63,880 nucleotides of DNA, filler included, from Octopus bimaculoides (GCF_001194135.2; 7 parts of 7 records of this genome joined end to end with filler, not necessarily neighbours in it); one strand, 5' to 3'; positions 23,380-36,124 are shown, numbered from the whole stretch's first letter. Numbers and translations are program-made. The notes: generated from the letters alone by a model not told the origin.

Positions 23380-23805
23380 TACCTTGAAAGTGCTGGCCTT
23401 GGGCTAAAATTTGAAAGCAGCCATTTCCTTTCGTTAAGGCTTGCGAGCTGGCAGAATCGTTAGCATTCGAGTCAGTTATTTAATTACTTGACGTCTGGGA
23501 TCTGAGGTAGTGCCACCCGAATGAATGGTAATATTGCGGGGACTTCACGGGTGCCGCGACCCGATCATAATCTATATATATTGTAACTTGCTGTTGAAAA
23601 CGTAAATTCTATAGCGCCCTGTGCATTGGTTTAGCTATAAGAGTGGGGGGATATAACATTACCAAGACGGCCCCGATCAGCGGTATCCCTCAACAGGTGA
23701 TCCATGCTATCTATGTATGAGACAACTTGGAATTGAACTCTTCTGACGACCGCAATCACCGGTGAAAACTGCGCCAACAAATCACTCGATGTATTGCTGT
23801 ACGAA

Positions 23806-24039
23806 GGGCGGCTAGCTGGCAGAAACGTTAGCATGCCGGGCGAAATGCTTAGCGGTATTTCGCCTGTGTTTACGTTCTGAGTTCAAATTCCGCTGAGGTC
23901 GACTTTGCCTTTCATCCTTTCGGGGTCGATAAATTAAGTACTAGTTACGCACTGGGGTCGATTTAATCGACTTAATCCCTTTGTCTGTCCTTGTTTGTCC
24001 CTTCTATGTTTAGCCCCTTTTGGGCAATAAAGAAATAAG
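23806..24039 (+). mobile_element. SINE-B variant with an alternative, Tx1-like 3' tail
   Basis: Standard SINE-B to atttaatcgac (about 23971), then ttaatccctttgtctgtccttgtttgtcccttctatgtttagccccttttgggcaataaagaaata. Confidence 0.8.
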
Positions 24040-24375
24040 AAACGTTAGCNNNNNNNNNNNNNNNNNNNNNNNNNNNNNNNNNNNNNNNNNNNNNNNNNNN
24101 NNNNNNNNNNNNNNNNNNNNNNNNNNNNNNNNNNNNNNNNNNNNNNNNNNNNNNNNNNNNNNNNNNNNNNNNNNNNNNNNNNNNNNNNNNNNNNNNNNNN
24201 NNNNNNNNNNNNNNNNNNNNNNNNNNNNNNNNNNNNNNNNNNNNNNNNNNNNNNNNNNNNNNNNNNNNNNNNNNNNNNNNNNNNNNNNNNNNNNNNNNNN
24301 NNNNNNNNNNNNNNNNNNNNNNNNNNNNNNNNNNNNNNNNNNNNNNNNNNNNNNNNNNNNNNNNNNNNNNNNNNN

Positions 24376-24880
24376 TACGGCTTTTTTTCAACAAATTTTA
24401 TTCAACAAAAACAATAATATTTAACGAAAACATCTTTAAATGACGGTCTGACCGTCTGCCAAGCAAATGGGAAGCAGTAATTGAAGTAGATGGTGAATAT
24501 GCTCCGGAATAATCATTTAAAATTGTTTTTGTTACATGTTATTGTTTTTGCTACATGTTATTGTTTTTGTTGAATAAAATTTGTTGTAAAAAAGCCGCAA
24601 TAATTATGCACCAACCCAATAGATAGATAGATAGATAGGTTTGGTGCATAATCATTGCAGCTATATTTTTCAATAAATTTTATTCACAATAACAATATTT
24701 AACGAAAACATCTTTGAATGACGGTCTGACCGTCAGCCAAGCAAATGGGAAGCAGTAATTGAAGTAGATGCTGACTATGCTCCGGAATAATCATTTAAAG
24801 ATGTTTTTGTTACATGTTATTGTTTTTGTTGAATAAAATTTGTTGAAAAAAAGCCGCGATAATTATGCACCAACCCAGTA
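24376..24880. mobile_element. Two tandem mariner-derived MITEs (Hsmar/MADE-like TIR ttaggttggtgca)
   Basis: Copy 1 24376-24621 (left end in a gap), (TAGA)n spacer, copy 2 24636-24880; about 85-bp inverted arms; core encodes the mariner C-terminus DRLPSKWEAVIEVDGEY. Confidence 0.85.
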
Positions 24881-25479
24881 CTACGTGATTCGTTGAGATC
24901 TATATTTTTCATTCATATAAACACTGCACAGCAGATATGGTTTTGTACACGTATAGCTGACACCTTTGTTAATTTTTTTATCGGCAGCTCGGTATTTGAA
25001 ATAATATTCATTCTCTGAAATAAAGAAATACTTCATCGAAGTTGATTTTTATTACTTTGCATGTTGGGTTTATCGGAAACGGGCGAAGTTGAGAATATTT
25101 ACGGTAATGTTGTTGTTGATACCGGCTAGACCTAGAAAAGAAAATAGAAATTGAAAAATCAATATTATCGATCTTTATTTCTAGCGAATATTCCCACTTT
25201 TACTTTCATTTCATCACTTCCCTGGTACAGAGGAAGTTTCATATGAATTTTTACTTAGAAAATTTCTTTGAATAGGTGTTTCCTAAACTTGAAAAATAAC
25301 GAAGAAAACGAAATTTACAATAGAACAAGGAAGCAGAGATTTCCGCGGAAGAAATGAAAGAGGAAATTGATAACAAAGCGGGACATTTTAGCGGGGAAAT
25401 CAAAAGCGTCTGTATTAGAACAATTATGTGATGTGGTGGCGTTCAAGCTTTACTGAAAAGAAATTAAAGATATAGGGTG

Positions 25480-25685
25480 ATAATGCACAACAAAAACAAT
25501 AACAATAACAAAATCGCCGAAGGCAATAACACCGATGATGAGGGGGTGGGTGGTGGTGGTGTTCTTAATGATACTGGTTATAATGATGATAATAAAGATG
25601 ATGATGATGGTAGTGTAGTTGTTGTTGTTGGTGGTGGTGGCGGTAATGATGATGATGGTGGTGGTTGTGACGACGACGACGACAG

Positions 25686-25729
<44 letters not shown>

Positions 25730-25735
25730 CTGGAG
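25480..25735. repeat. (GAT/GGT/GTT) low-complexity tract
   Basis: Direct reading. Confidence 0.9.
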
Positions 25736-25749
25736 GTGATTATATACAT

Positions 25750-25934
25750 CAGTGGTTCCCAACCTTTTCTCTACCGAAGACCCCTTTTTTATCTAAATGA
25801 GTTTTCCCACGGACCCCAGGATAATGAAAGGTCTGTCAGCTTAATAACATGTCCACGAACCACACCCGCCTCCTCCCCCCGTACTATCTTTGCGGACCCC
25901 CAGGAGTCCGCGGACAACAGGCTAGGAACCACTG
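25750..25934. mobile_element. hAT Charlie/MER5-like MITE
   Basis: TIRs cagtggttcccaacc / ggctaggaaccactg; flanks atatacat/atgtagac are both NNNTANNN (5/8 match); same family as 31037-31108. Confidence 0.7.
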
Positions 25935-26283
25935 ATGTAGACGGTTAGCATGATTATCTTCATGATAAGGAAGATAATTAGTTCAATAAAAATTATGAAG
26001 TTCCAGAGGTATTTAATATGGGAAAAAAAGGGAAAAAATGGTAAAAAAAAGAAAAAAAAGATAAAAAAAAGAAAAATGATAAAAAAAGAAAATGATAAAA
26101 AAAAAGAAAAGATGATAAAAAAAATCTAGCGGCATTTCTAAACTTGACTTGATAAAAATAAAGGCTAAATTTTCTTTATATCGCATCCAACCGTTTAAAT
26201 AAAGCGACAGAAATACAACGGAAGAAAAAAAGTGATGCTGTGGTCTTCATGTAGTACCAAACTAATTGTAATTTATTCAACAA

Positions 26284-26700
26284 GGCGCAGGAGTGGCTGT
26301 GTGGTAAGTAGCTTGCTTACCAACCACATAGTCCTGGGTTCAGTCCCACTGCGTGGCACCTTTGGCAAGTGTCTTCTACTATAGCCTCGGGCCTACCAAA
26401 GCCTTGTGAATGTATTTGGTAGACGGAAACTGAAAGAAGCTCGTCGTATATATGTATATATATATGTATATGTGTCTGTGTGTATATGTTTGTGTGTCTG
26501 TGTTTGTCCCCCCACCCAACATCGCTTGACAACCGATGCTGGTGTGTTTGCGTCCCCGTAACATAGCGGTTCGGCAAAAGAGATACGATAGACTAAGTAC
26601 TAGACTTACAAAAAATAAGCTCTGGGGTCGATTTGCTCGACTAAAGACGGTGCTCCAGCACGGCCGCAAGTCAAATGACTGAAACAAGTAAAAGAGTAAA
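26284..26700 (+). mobile_element. SINE-A, full length
   Basis: ggcgcaggagtggctgtgtggtaagtagcttgcttacc head through to the tail aaatgactgaaacaagtaaaagagtaaa. Confidence 0.93.
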
Positions 26701-27715
26701 GGAATAAGTCTGTATGGAGAACTGAAAGTTGTTTGTCTCTTTCCACTGGTGGCGGATATCGCGGGAAATTGTTCTTTCAGTTTCCGTAATGACATCATCA
26801 GCCATCACTATATTGTCTTCCGAAAAGGTATTTTGATGAAAATTTACTTTCATTTGTGTCATGCGTTTAATATGAATTTCACCTCTTGAGTTGGTATATA
26901 TATGAGGGAATTTTCAAGGATGGAACAGTTGAAGATACGGCTCAGGACTCAAGCACACGCTAACAAGTGTTCTAACTACAGCGATAACGTATCCGACAAC
27001 GTTATTATTTTCAACACTGATACACAACTTTTGAAGATAGAATACAAGAATGGCATTGGAACTGTTGAAAGGTACGATTAAGTCTTTTCCAATCTTCATT
27101 TGAATATCGTTTAATTCCTGCGATTGCTTTCTTTCTTGTTTTCCTTTTGTTCTATTGTTTAGGAGGAAGGGTCTGTTCCCATGATTTTTTTCTCAGGTCC
27201 TCTGAGACCAGTAAAACTGACGTGGTTAAAATTCCTCCTCGATTAATGCCAGTCAACATTCACAGGTAAAAGAAAAGATAATATAAGCAAGATAATATAA
27301 GCAAGATATCCAGGGGTCCGAAATTGTAGGAGGTAAAAAAAAAAAAAACTAGGTGGCGGATATATCAAATGTGACAGAAGTATGAGAAACGAATGAACAG
27401 GGAATATTCGAATGAATGAAATAAAAAAAAAAAAGTCCAAGGAACAGAGGTCACTGCGTCAGCGTTACTAAAAACTGGAGGGAGGAGGGGCAGCATGTAA
27501 AGGGTGGTGGTGGTGCAAAAGTTGAAGTGTGTCGGTAAGCGTTTTCAGGCTGGGTAAGCCTTTTTCGGGGGGTTGCTGTCTAGGATGTCTAAATATGAAA
27601 CAAGAGCTCCGTCCCATAATTAGTTACAGTAATTAATCGGGGCCCAACCGGAGTTTTGTAGAAGGTTCACAGTTGATGTAAAACTGAGTAGTTCAGCTGT
27701 TTCTAAGCTGAAAAT

Positions 27716-27749
<34 letters not shown>

Positions 27750-27761
27750 TGTATGTATGTA

Positions 27762-27817
<56 letters not shown>

Positions 27818-28668
27818 CACAGTCAAATGACTGAAACAAGAGTAAAAAAGTATGTATGTATATGTTGCTATTGAGTTGTTTTGACTCCTATTTCTAGCAA
27901 TGCTGGTACTACTTAGTACCCTGTGTCTATAAATTTGCCTTCAGGGTATTAAATCGCTAGTAAGCCACCCGTATTATATCCGCTGTTGTAGGGAGCTTGT
28001 CTCGTCTCCCTTGTCAGCTTATTTAGATAGTGCTCTTCTGGCTAATGAGTCGGTTTGACTCTTATTTCTAGCAATGCCGGTACCGCTTTGTACCTTCTCT
28101 CGCTTTAGTGACGTCTATAATCCTTGCCTCTATGTTGTTAAATTGTTGACAAGCCATCCATATCATTTATAGTTCCNNNNNNNNNNNNNNNNNNNNNNNN
28201 NNNNNNNNNNNNNNNNNNNNNNNNNNNNNNNNNNNNNNNNNNNNNNNNNNNNNNNNNNNNNNNNNNNNNNNNNNNNNNNNNNNNNNNNNNNNNNNNNNNN
28301 NNNNNNNNNNNNNNNNNNNNNNNNNNNNNNNNNNNNNNNNNNNNNNNNNNNNNNNNNNNNNNNNNNNNNNNNNNNNNNNNNNNNNNNNNNNNNNNNNNNN
28401 NNNNNNNNNNNNNNNNNNNNNNNNNNNNNNNNNNNNNNNNNNNNNNNNNNNNNNNNNNNNNNNNNNNNNNNNNNNNNNNNNNNNNNNNNNNNNNNNNNNN
28501 NNNNNNNNNNNNNNNNNNNNNNNNNNNNNNNNNNNNNNNNNNNNNNNNNNNNNNNNNNNNNNNNNNNNNNNNNNNNNNNNNNNNNNNNNNNNNNNNNNNN
28601 NNNNNNNNNNNNNNNNNNNNNNNNNNNNNNNNNNNNNNNNNNNNNNNNATATATATATATATATATAT

Positions 28669-28806
28669 ACGACGGGTTTTTCCAGTTTCTGTCTACCAAA
28701 TCCACTCACAAGGATTTGGTCTGCCCGATTTGGTCAAGGTGCTGCGTAGTAGGGCTGAACCCAGAACCACGCAGCTGGGGAGCGAGCTTCTTACCACACA
28801 GCCTCC
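28669..28806 (-). mobile_element. SINE-A head half abutting (TA)n and a gap
   Basis: gacgggtttttccagtttctgtctaccaaatccactcacaagg...cttaccacacagcc. Confidence 0.8.
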
Positions 28807-28918
28807 ACCTCCACCTATGTTTAATTTATTTCCTAAAATGCCTTTCGTAAATTACCCTTAGGGAGTGAATTGGTAGAGATGTCAGAGCGCAGAACAAATG
28901 CCTTGCAGGACAAATATG

Positions 28919-29170
28919 GATGCGCGTGACTTAGTGGTAAGGCTGTTGAATTCATGATCGTAAAATTGTGGTTTCGATTCCAGGAGCGGAGGATGCGTTG
29001 TGTCCTTGAGCAAGGCACTTCATTTCACATGGCTCCAGTCCGCTCAGCTGGCAAAAATGAGTTAATCCTGCATCTCGTCCAGTGGGGAAATACAATATAG
29101 TCATCACGGAAACCGGGGAACCGGCTATATGAATCGAAGTGATTCAAGAACGATCTATGTAAACGCCTTG
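28919..29170 (+). mobile_element. SINE-C subfamily
   Basis: gcgtgacttagtggtaagg..ggtttcgattcc..gtgtccttgagcaaggcactt..cagctggcaaaaatgagt. Confidence 0.8.
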
Positions 29171-30160
29171 TGGTATTTGTTATGGTTCCCTGAACCCCGA
29201 GTTCAAATCTTATCGCGGTCAGTTTCCATTTCAAACAAAGCTCCAGTTCAGGACGAGTTGGAATTATACATACATAAATAACATACGAGAAGGTCAAGGC
29301 ACCCAGCCTTGACCTTCGTCTTTTATCTATATATAGGGAACCTAGGATCTCATTATAACAATATGCCCTTTATTTAATCGATGGACTGTGATTTGAAGAA
29401 GATTTGGTTCTTATTTCTAGCAGGTCGAGCGGTCACGTAGTAATTCCCTCATTAGTTCCTTAAGTACTAGTCACATGACTCTCATTGCCCTGAATCATGG
29501 TAAAATCCATTTCCCAAACCAATTTTAACCCTTTGCCTGTCCTCTGTATTCCATCTAATACCCTAGCATCCATGCATCATATATCATACATATTCCTAAT
29601 TTTTTCCAACTACCAGAGCGACATGAGACATAAGAATGCTTTATTTTACTCAGAACGTATGAAACAAAGATTTACTAAAAATTTGAACGCAAGTACGGAC
29701 GCTTAAGATAAACTTATGAAAATACTTTGGACAGTCAATGGGTCACAAATACTTCTTTATATTAGCAGCTCATTATTGAATATATTCTCATTGTTTTCCA
29801 CGTGTAATTTAGTTGTAAATATATTTTAATTCTAAATGTATATCTTAAATACTTACAGGATACCCAGCTGGCAAACTAATGGCTATGTTAGCAATACTGT
29901 TCCTTCGAAAAAGTTGGACAATGGCGCTACCATTTGTTACTCAAGAAGCGACGTCTAGACCTTGGACTCAGCCATGTACTCCGTATGCGAATACGGACAG
30001 TGCTATAGACATACACATAGATTCAGAAGACACTTCTTCCATATTAAACAGATTGAAATATGAAACAAAAGAAACATTTTATCATGTAACGTACTTGGAA
30101 AAAGCTATGGTAAATATGATTTCATATTTCAATAAATGCGCTTTAATTCTATCTATCTAC

Positions 30161-30217
<57 letters not shown>

Positions 30218-30225
30218 GATCTACC

Positions 30226-30258
<33 letters not shown>

Positions 30259-30519
30259 NNNNNNNNNNNNNNNNNNNNNNNNNNNNNNNNNNNNNNNNNN
30301 NNNNNNNNNNNNNNNNNNNNNNNNNNNNNNNNNNNNNNNNNNNNNNNNNNNNNNNNNNNNNNNNNNNNNNNNNNNNNNNNNNNNNNNNNNNNNNNNNNNN
30401 NNNNNNNNNNNNNNNNNNNNNNNNNNNNNNNNNNNNNNNNNNNNNNNNNNNNNNNNNNNNNNNNNNNNNNNNNNNNNNNNNNNNNNNNNNNNNNNNNNNN
30501 NNNNNNNNNNNNNNNNNNN

Positions 30520-30625
<106 letters not shown>

Positions 30626-30990
30626 TATTTATATATGATATTTGATATATATATATATATGATATTTGATATATATATGTATATGTATGGCCCATTTTGT
30701 TTCACTGAAACACAAAATAGACCTACGGACTAAAGAGAGCAAGCCGTAACGTGTGGCATAAAGAGTTGAAGAGTTCACAAAACGTAACAAAAGGGCTTTT
30801 GGCACAAAAACAAAAATAACAATAAAGCTGAATTAATAACGCAACATGTCGTGCGTGTTTAATTAGCAATATATATATGTATATATATATNNNNNNNNNN
30901 NNNNNNNNNNNNNNNNNNNNNNNNNNNNNNNNNNTTAATTAATTAANNNNNNNNNNNNNNNNNNNNNNNNNNNNNNNNNNNNNNNNNNNN

Positions 30991-31025
<35 letters not shown>

Positions 31026-31036
31026 ATAAGTGTAGT

Positions 31037-31108
31037 AAAATGGGTCCGTGGGAAAACTCATTTAAATAAAAGGGTGGGGAACCACTGTGAAAAGATTGGG
31101 AACCACTG
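31037..31108 (-). mobile_element. End of a hAT MITE with a duplicated TIR
   Basis: gggtccgtgggaaaactcatttaaataaaa is the reverse complement of 25785-25815; gggaaccactg occurs twice (31077, 31098). Confidence 0.65.
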
Positions 31109-31949
31109 GTCTAGTTAATATCTAGTCTTTTTAATTCCTAGAGTTTTGCCACCAAACATGTTGATTCGGCCTTATCCTTTCTTCTAATGTTGTGTAAATA
31201 GTTACATAATCTAGATTTGAAATTAATAGCTGCAGCGTATAAACAATATTTTTAGTTAGACATTAATTACTAAATGGGGATTCCGTTGGCCTTCAGCAGT
31301 TACGCAATTTCTTATTTATCGGCAGTATGTTAGGAGAAAGAATATTGCTAGTACAAATATCATGGCTGCTATTATTACAATACACTTTGTATCATTACTA
31401 CAACGACTATTATTGATATTCACCTGATTTCCATGTATATTTATATTATGACAACTACTTAAGTCGTTTCTCACATTATTATTAATATTAATCATATGGT
31501 TGGGCTCACTTTTGTCCGGTGACCAGACTGACTTTAATAGGGATTATTTTGTCATTACCCCGGTCAGTCTTTAGATGTTGCATACCAATCAACGACATTT
31601 AGGTTTTACAGGTTAATCAGTACTTTCTTTGTCTACTAAGGTAATCATTATTTGACTTAACAATAGAAAAATTCACGTTCATAGTAACTACACCAACATA
31701 TCCTCATCTCAACAGATATTCAATACCTGCCTGTTTGAACAGGGTTTAGAAATAGAAGTAGAAACGCACTTGATAAATGTATTTACAGTATTCTTATTTC
31801 ATCAGAAGTTTTTTCCAGTTTATTACGGTTAAAAACAGTAACAACATCAACCAAGTTTGGCTGGTTGAATACGAATGTCTGATTGTTTGAAAGTAAGCGC
31901 TTGTTTTTACTACAAAGGTTTCTTTTTTAATAGATAACGATTAAGACAT

Positions 31950-32495
31950 AATTTTAGCAGATAGGAATCCACGAATAAGATTAATTAATGGATTAGACAA
32001 TCCAGAGTTGATAATTTTGATACACTATAGACTCATCTAATCCAGCTTAGGTAATAGAAATGGTTGGATTATTTTTCTTACATGAATTTAACAGAAATTT
32101 TTCTGGACTTGAGGTTTATATTGTGATGATTCTTTTTTTTTTACGACTATTGTCTACTCTTTATTTGTCTTAGAACGGGTGAAGGGTACCTTCATAAATA
32201 TTTTTAGAAATTATAACTTCCCTGTAATTTTTGAAAAGATCATAAAATTGTAAGTTTCTTCGATGTACTTCTAAATTTAAATTCTGGCTGATATTATCCC
32301 TATCATAAACCTAATGAAGCTTTCCTCTGCATAAATGAGATATCTAACTATCCTAAAGCTAGAATTAAAAGGTTTGTCAGAAATATTTGAATTAGAATTT
32401 CGAATCTTTCAGCTAATGAAAGAAATTTTAATAATAGTGCAACTCATTATGATAATGATTTCATGGGAAGTGAGTATGATGAGAAATATGTCTAT
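31950..32495 (+). pseudogene. Penelope-like element reverse transcriptase remnant
   Basis: Degenerate MVGLFFLHEFNRNFSGLEVY..DD (YRDD region), then KIVSFFDVLLNLNSG*YYPYHKPNEAFLCINEISNYPKARIK..IRISNLSANERNFNNSATHY, the PLE RT thumb pattern. Confidence 0.7.
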
Positions 32496-32504
32496 ACTAA
32501 ACTG

Positions 32505-32514
32505 AAGCTGATGC

Positions 32515-32547
<33 letters not shown>

Positions 32548-32825
32548 TAACGTCCGCTTTCCATACTGGCACGAGTTGGACGGTTTGACTGAGGACTGGC
32601 AAGCCAAGAGGCTGCGCCAGGCTCCAATCTGATTTGGCAAGGTTTCTACAGCTAGCAAGATTTCTACAGCCCTTCCTAACACCAACCGCCCAGAGAGTGT
32701 AGTGGGTGCATTTTACGTGCCACCGGCACGGGAGCCAGTCAAGCGGCACTGACATCGGCCACGTTCGGATGGAGCTTTTTTACGTGCTACCGGCACGAGA
32801 GCCAGTCATGCACCACTGGCATTAC
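32505..32825 (-). mobile_element. Repeat-D (retroposon 3' part with (GAT)n tail), CpG-intact copy
   Basis: (CAT)n tail on the plus strand, then ctaacgtccgctttccat..ggtttctacagc; internal about 40-bp tandem units; homologous to 55300-55465 and 55640-55870. Confidence 0.75.
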
Positions 32826-33166
32826 AAATACAATTTCTCACGATAAACTCATGAATTTTACAGATAGATACATGTAGAATATCTCTCTAATTGCAGCTAA
32901 TCTCTAATTCTCAATCGCCAACCAAGAACTATAATACGTTTAGTAAGAACCTCAATAAAGTTCTACCGAAAAAATGTGAATGCTCTCATTAATAGTAAAC
33001 AAGAAATTAGTAACATGGGTTAATCATCGATAAGTACCAGCAATGTTACTAAGATTTCTAAAACACTATTTCATCCTGTACTCATAACAACAACAGAAAT
33101 AGCAATAACTGTTATACCATAAAATCTTATCAGGGGAGGAGAAATATTTATAAGAAATCAATTAAT

Positions 33167-33524
33167 AACAAGAGAGCGCAAACCTCCGCCAAGGCAACCC
33201 CCAACGTCCTCTCAACGATTAGCCGGAAATTACTAAAGTGAGAATATCTGAAATAAACTCGACTGCTCTCACAGACAAGAATACTAAAAATGAAACCAGC
33301 CGCTCTCAAAAATTAAGTAAAAAAAAGCAGAAAAATAATCCAGAATCCTTGTCCGGTACCAGATCGACCCCCAAATCTAATCGGTTCGTGCCAGTCATGA
33401 GACCAAACATCCTTGAAAGTTTCATTCGAATCCATTCAGCGGTTCTTGAGATATCTTGTCCACGGACAAACAAACAAACACGAGGGAAAACAATACCTCC
33501 GTTTTCGCTAAGGCGGCGGTAATA
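33167..33524 (-). mobile_element. Helentron-associated (HINE/DINE-1-like) non-autonomous element
   Basis: On the minus strand: 5' ttattaccgccgcc subterminal IR, (GTTT)n microsatellite, 3' ggcggaggt subTIR plus gcgctctc end in T-rich flanks. Confidence 0.7.
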
Positions 33525-33602
33525 AAGAATTGATATCTCAGTCAATTAATGTTGACAGAATGTTTATTATTAATAACTTACCATCTAGAATAAATAGAAT
33601 AC

Positions 33603-34497
33603 TTATTACCTCCGCCTTAGCGAAGGCAGAGGTATTGTTTTCAGTCGTGTTTGTTTGTTTGTTTATCCGTGGACAAGATATTTCAAGAACCGCTGGATGG
33701 ATTCGGATGAAACTTTCAGGGATGTTTGGCCTCGTGACTAGCACGGGCTGATTAGATTTTGGGATCGATCAGGTACTGGACAAGGATTCTGGATTATTTT
33801 TTATATTTTCTTTACATGTATATGTAAAGTTTCACATAGTTCTCTTGTACACGCACGCACATACACACATATACCCACACATTTTCAGCGTTGAACATTA
33901 CCATCCCATTTCCATTGTATACACACACACACACACACTCACACACACGCGCACACGCAAACATACCTCTCTTTTACACACACATATACTCACATTTCAA
34001 ACGCCGTTTATCGGCTTTTTCACTCCTTTCTTCGTTATTCATCTATCACCCCTTCCTTTCCCATTCATGCAATGCTCTCTTCGCTATTTATCTCCTCTAC
34101 CTTCACCTCTCACTGTCGCTCTATTCTCCCCCTCTCTCTCTCTCTATATATATATATATACATACATACATACATACATACATACACACCTACACACACA
34201 TATATATACAAATATATAAAAAAACATTGCTCATTATTATATTAGGAGATTATACATATTTTAACACTTTACAGTATACTTACATATGTACATAATTCTA
34301 TACATTGATCTAAAACAACAATATTACTAAAGGAAGACCGGAATTTAAGAGAAGAGAAAACGAAAAGGTCTCATGATATTCATTGAAGGATCTTATTCCA
34401 GATATTCTCATTTTAACAATCATCTCCAGCTAATCATTGAGAGGACGTTGGTGTTGCGTTGGCGGAAGTTTGCGCTCTCTGAGTGCTCTTGTATTTT
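33603..34497 (+). mobile_element. Second HINE-like copy, split by about 590 bp of foreign sequence
   Basis: 5' part 33603-33800 (ttattacctccgccttagcgaaggcagaggtatt..(gttt)n); 3' part 34385-34497 ending ggcggaagtttgcgctctctgagtgctcttgt (hairpin). Confidence 0.65.
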
Positions 34498-34501
34498 AGT
34501 T

Positions 34502-35790
34502 TCTTATGATCAATTCATAATTGAAGAGATCTGTTTACTCTTCCTCCATCTTTATGCACGCCGATTGGTTCCAGTACAGGCTCTGCAAGACTCGGAGGTC
34601 TTTCCCAAGCAGATCAATGTAACTGAGTTCTTTAAATAACATGTTATGTCTTACTTTGTCGAAGGCCTTTGTGTAATCTGTGAAACAAATGAAGACATCT
34701 TTTTGTATCTCTACTGCCCTCTCTATTATCATTCGCAATACAAAAATAATATTCCCTGTACTGGAATCCTTTACAAATCCAAACTGTTCAATTCCAATCT
34801 CAAATGTTATTCTGCTTCTTGCTCTTTCAGAATGATTTTTGTAGCGTGACTCATGAGGCTAATCGTGCGATATTGTTCACAGTCCACTGATCTTGAATTC
34901 TTCGGGAGTGCAATAAAGATGGATTTACCCAGATCTTCTGGAAATTTCCCATCATCATAGATCGTGTTAAGGACATCTGCCAGTTTTCTAATTTCATATT
35001 CTTCTAACGCTTTTATCATCTCAGAAACATCGCAAACATAAGATATGCAGATGACAATCTTATTTGCAGAATCGGAAAAAGAACTTCAAAGACTTCTGGA
35101 TGTATTGGTCAGAGAAAGTTGCAAGTGCATGGTGGTGACAAAAAAGGGAAGCCCAAAGTGTTTGCTGAAAGTGAACAATCAAATCATTAAACTGATATCC
35201 TTCAACTACCTTGGAACTTTGAACACAGAAGATGCAAGATGTGTGAAGGAGATTAAAAAATGAATAGTGCTGGCAAAATCTGCCTTCTCTAAAGTGTATT
35301 ACATCTTGAGAAACGGTATTCTGAGTATCAAGATCAGGATTCGTATATTAACCCTGTGTTAGTGTATGGAAGTGAGGCATGGTCTATAACACCAGGAATG
35401 AGAAAGTGCTTGGAGAGCTGTGAAGTGTGGTCTTTAAGGAGAATACTGAGTATAGCATGGACAAAGTGTCTAAGGAAGGATTGAATACCCAGAACTGAGG
35501 TAAATAGGAAACTGCTTCATTAGATAAGGGCCAAATAACTGAGATTTCTTGGTTATTTAACGAAGAAAGAGGTCCTGGATAATTTAGCGACGATCGGAAA
35601 GTTTGAAGGGAAAAGAAGCAGAGAAAGGAAAAGGATGACAGGGATATCAAGATTGACGAATTGGTTGGAAGAAAGAGGCATTAAATATCAGGAAGTGGAA
35701 CTGTAACAGAAAACAAAGAACGGAGAATAGTGGCAGGACACGATCACCTATGTCCTACATACTGGACATGGTGCCAAAAAAGAAAAGAAA
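34502..35790 (+). mobile_element. 5'-truncated RTE (BovB-like) LINE with an inverted 5' segment
   Basis: Minus 34502-35025: YRTISLMSHATKIILK and ERAVEIQKDVFICFTDYTKAFDKVRH. Plus 35030-35790: NIRYADD..AESEKELQRLLD through the 3' UTR and A-rich tail. Candidate 13-bp TSD ttgtattttagtt/ttgcatttcagtt. Confidence 0.85.
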
Positions 35791-36058
35791 TTGCATTTCA
35801 GTTAATAACATTTCTTTAATGCTTGGCAAAAGGAAAAAAAAATGAAATCTTACAGGGTATGATCTTCCATATTCCATATTCTCTATGCTGAGAATATTCT
35901 TTAAAATGCTCAAAAACTATTTTCCACCTCACCATATCAACTCACAAACTTTTAATAAATCAAATGTCAAATTATCTTCCTCTACTATTCTTAACTTAGC
36001 GTCTTTTACTGCGACATCCACTGTCGTAAGCAGAACGATAATAATTATGGTAAGGATG

Positions 36059-36118
<60 letters not shown>

Positions 36119-36124
36119 TAAAAT

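Noticed and set aside
26284-26360. tRNA gene calls at SINE heads
   Set aside because: A/B-box-like heads continue into CORE-like bodies and tails in multiple copies and lack a complete cloverleaf; they are SINEs.
31100-32500. AT-rich stretch as a mitochondrial insertion (NUMT)
   Set aside because: No mitochondrial gene motifs; the residual peptides match Penelope-like RT instead.
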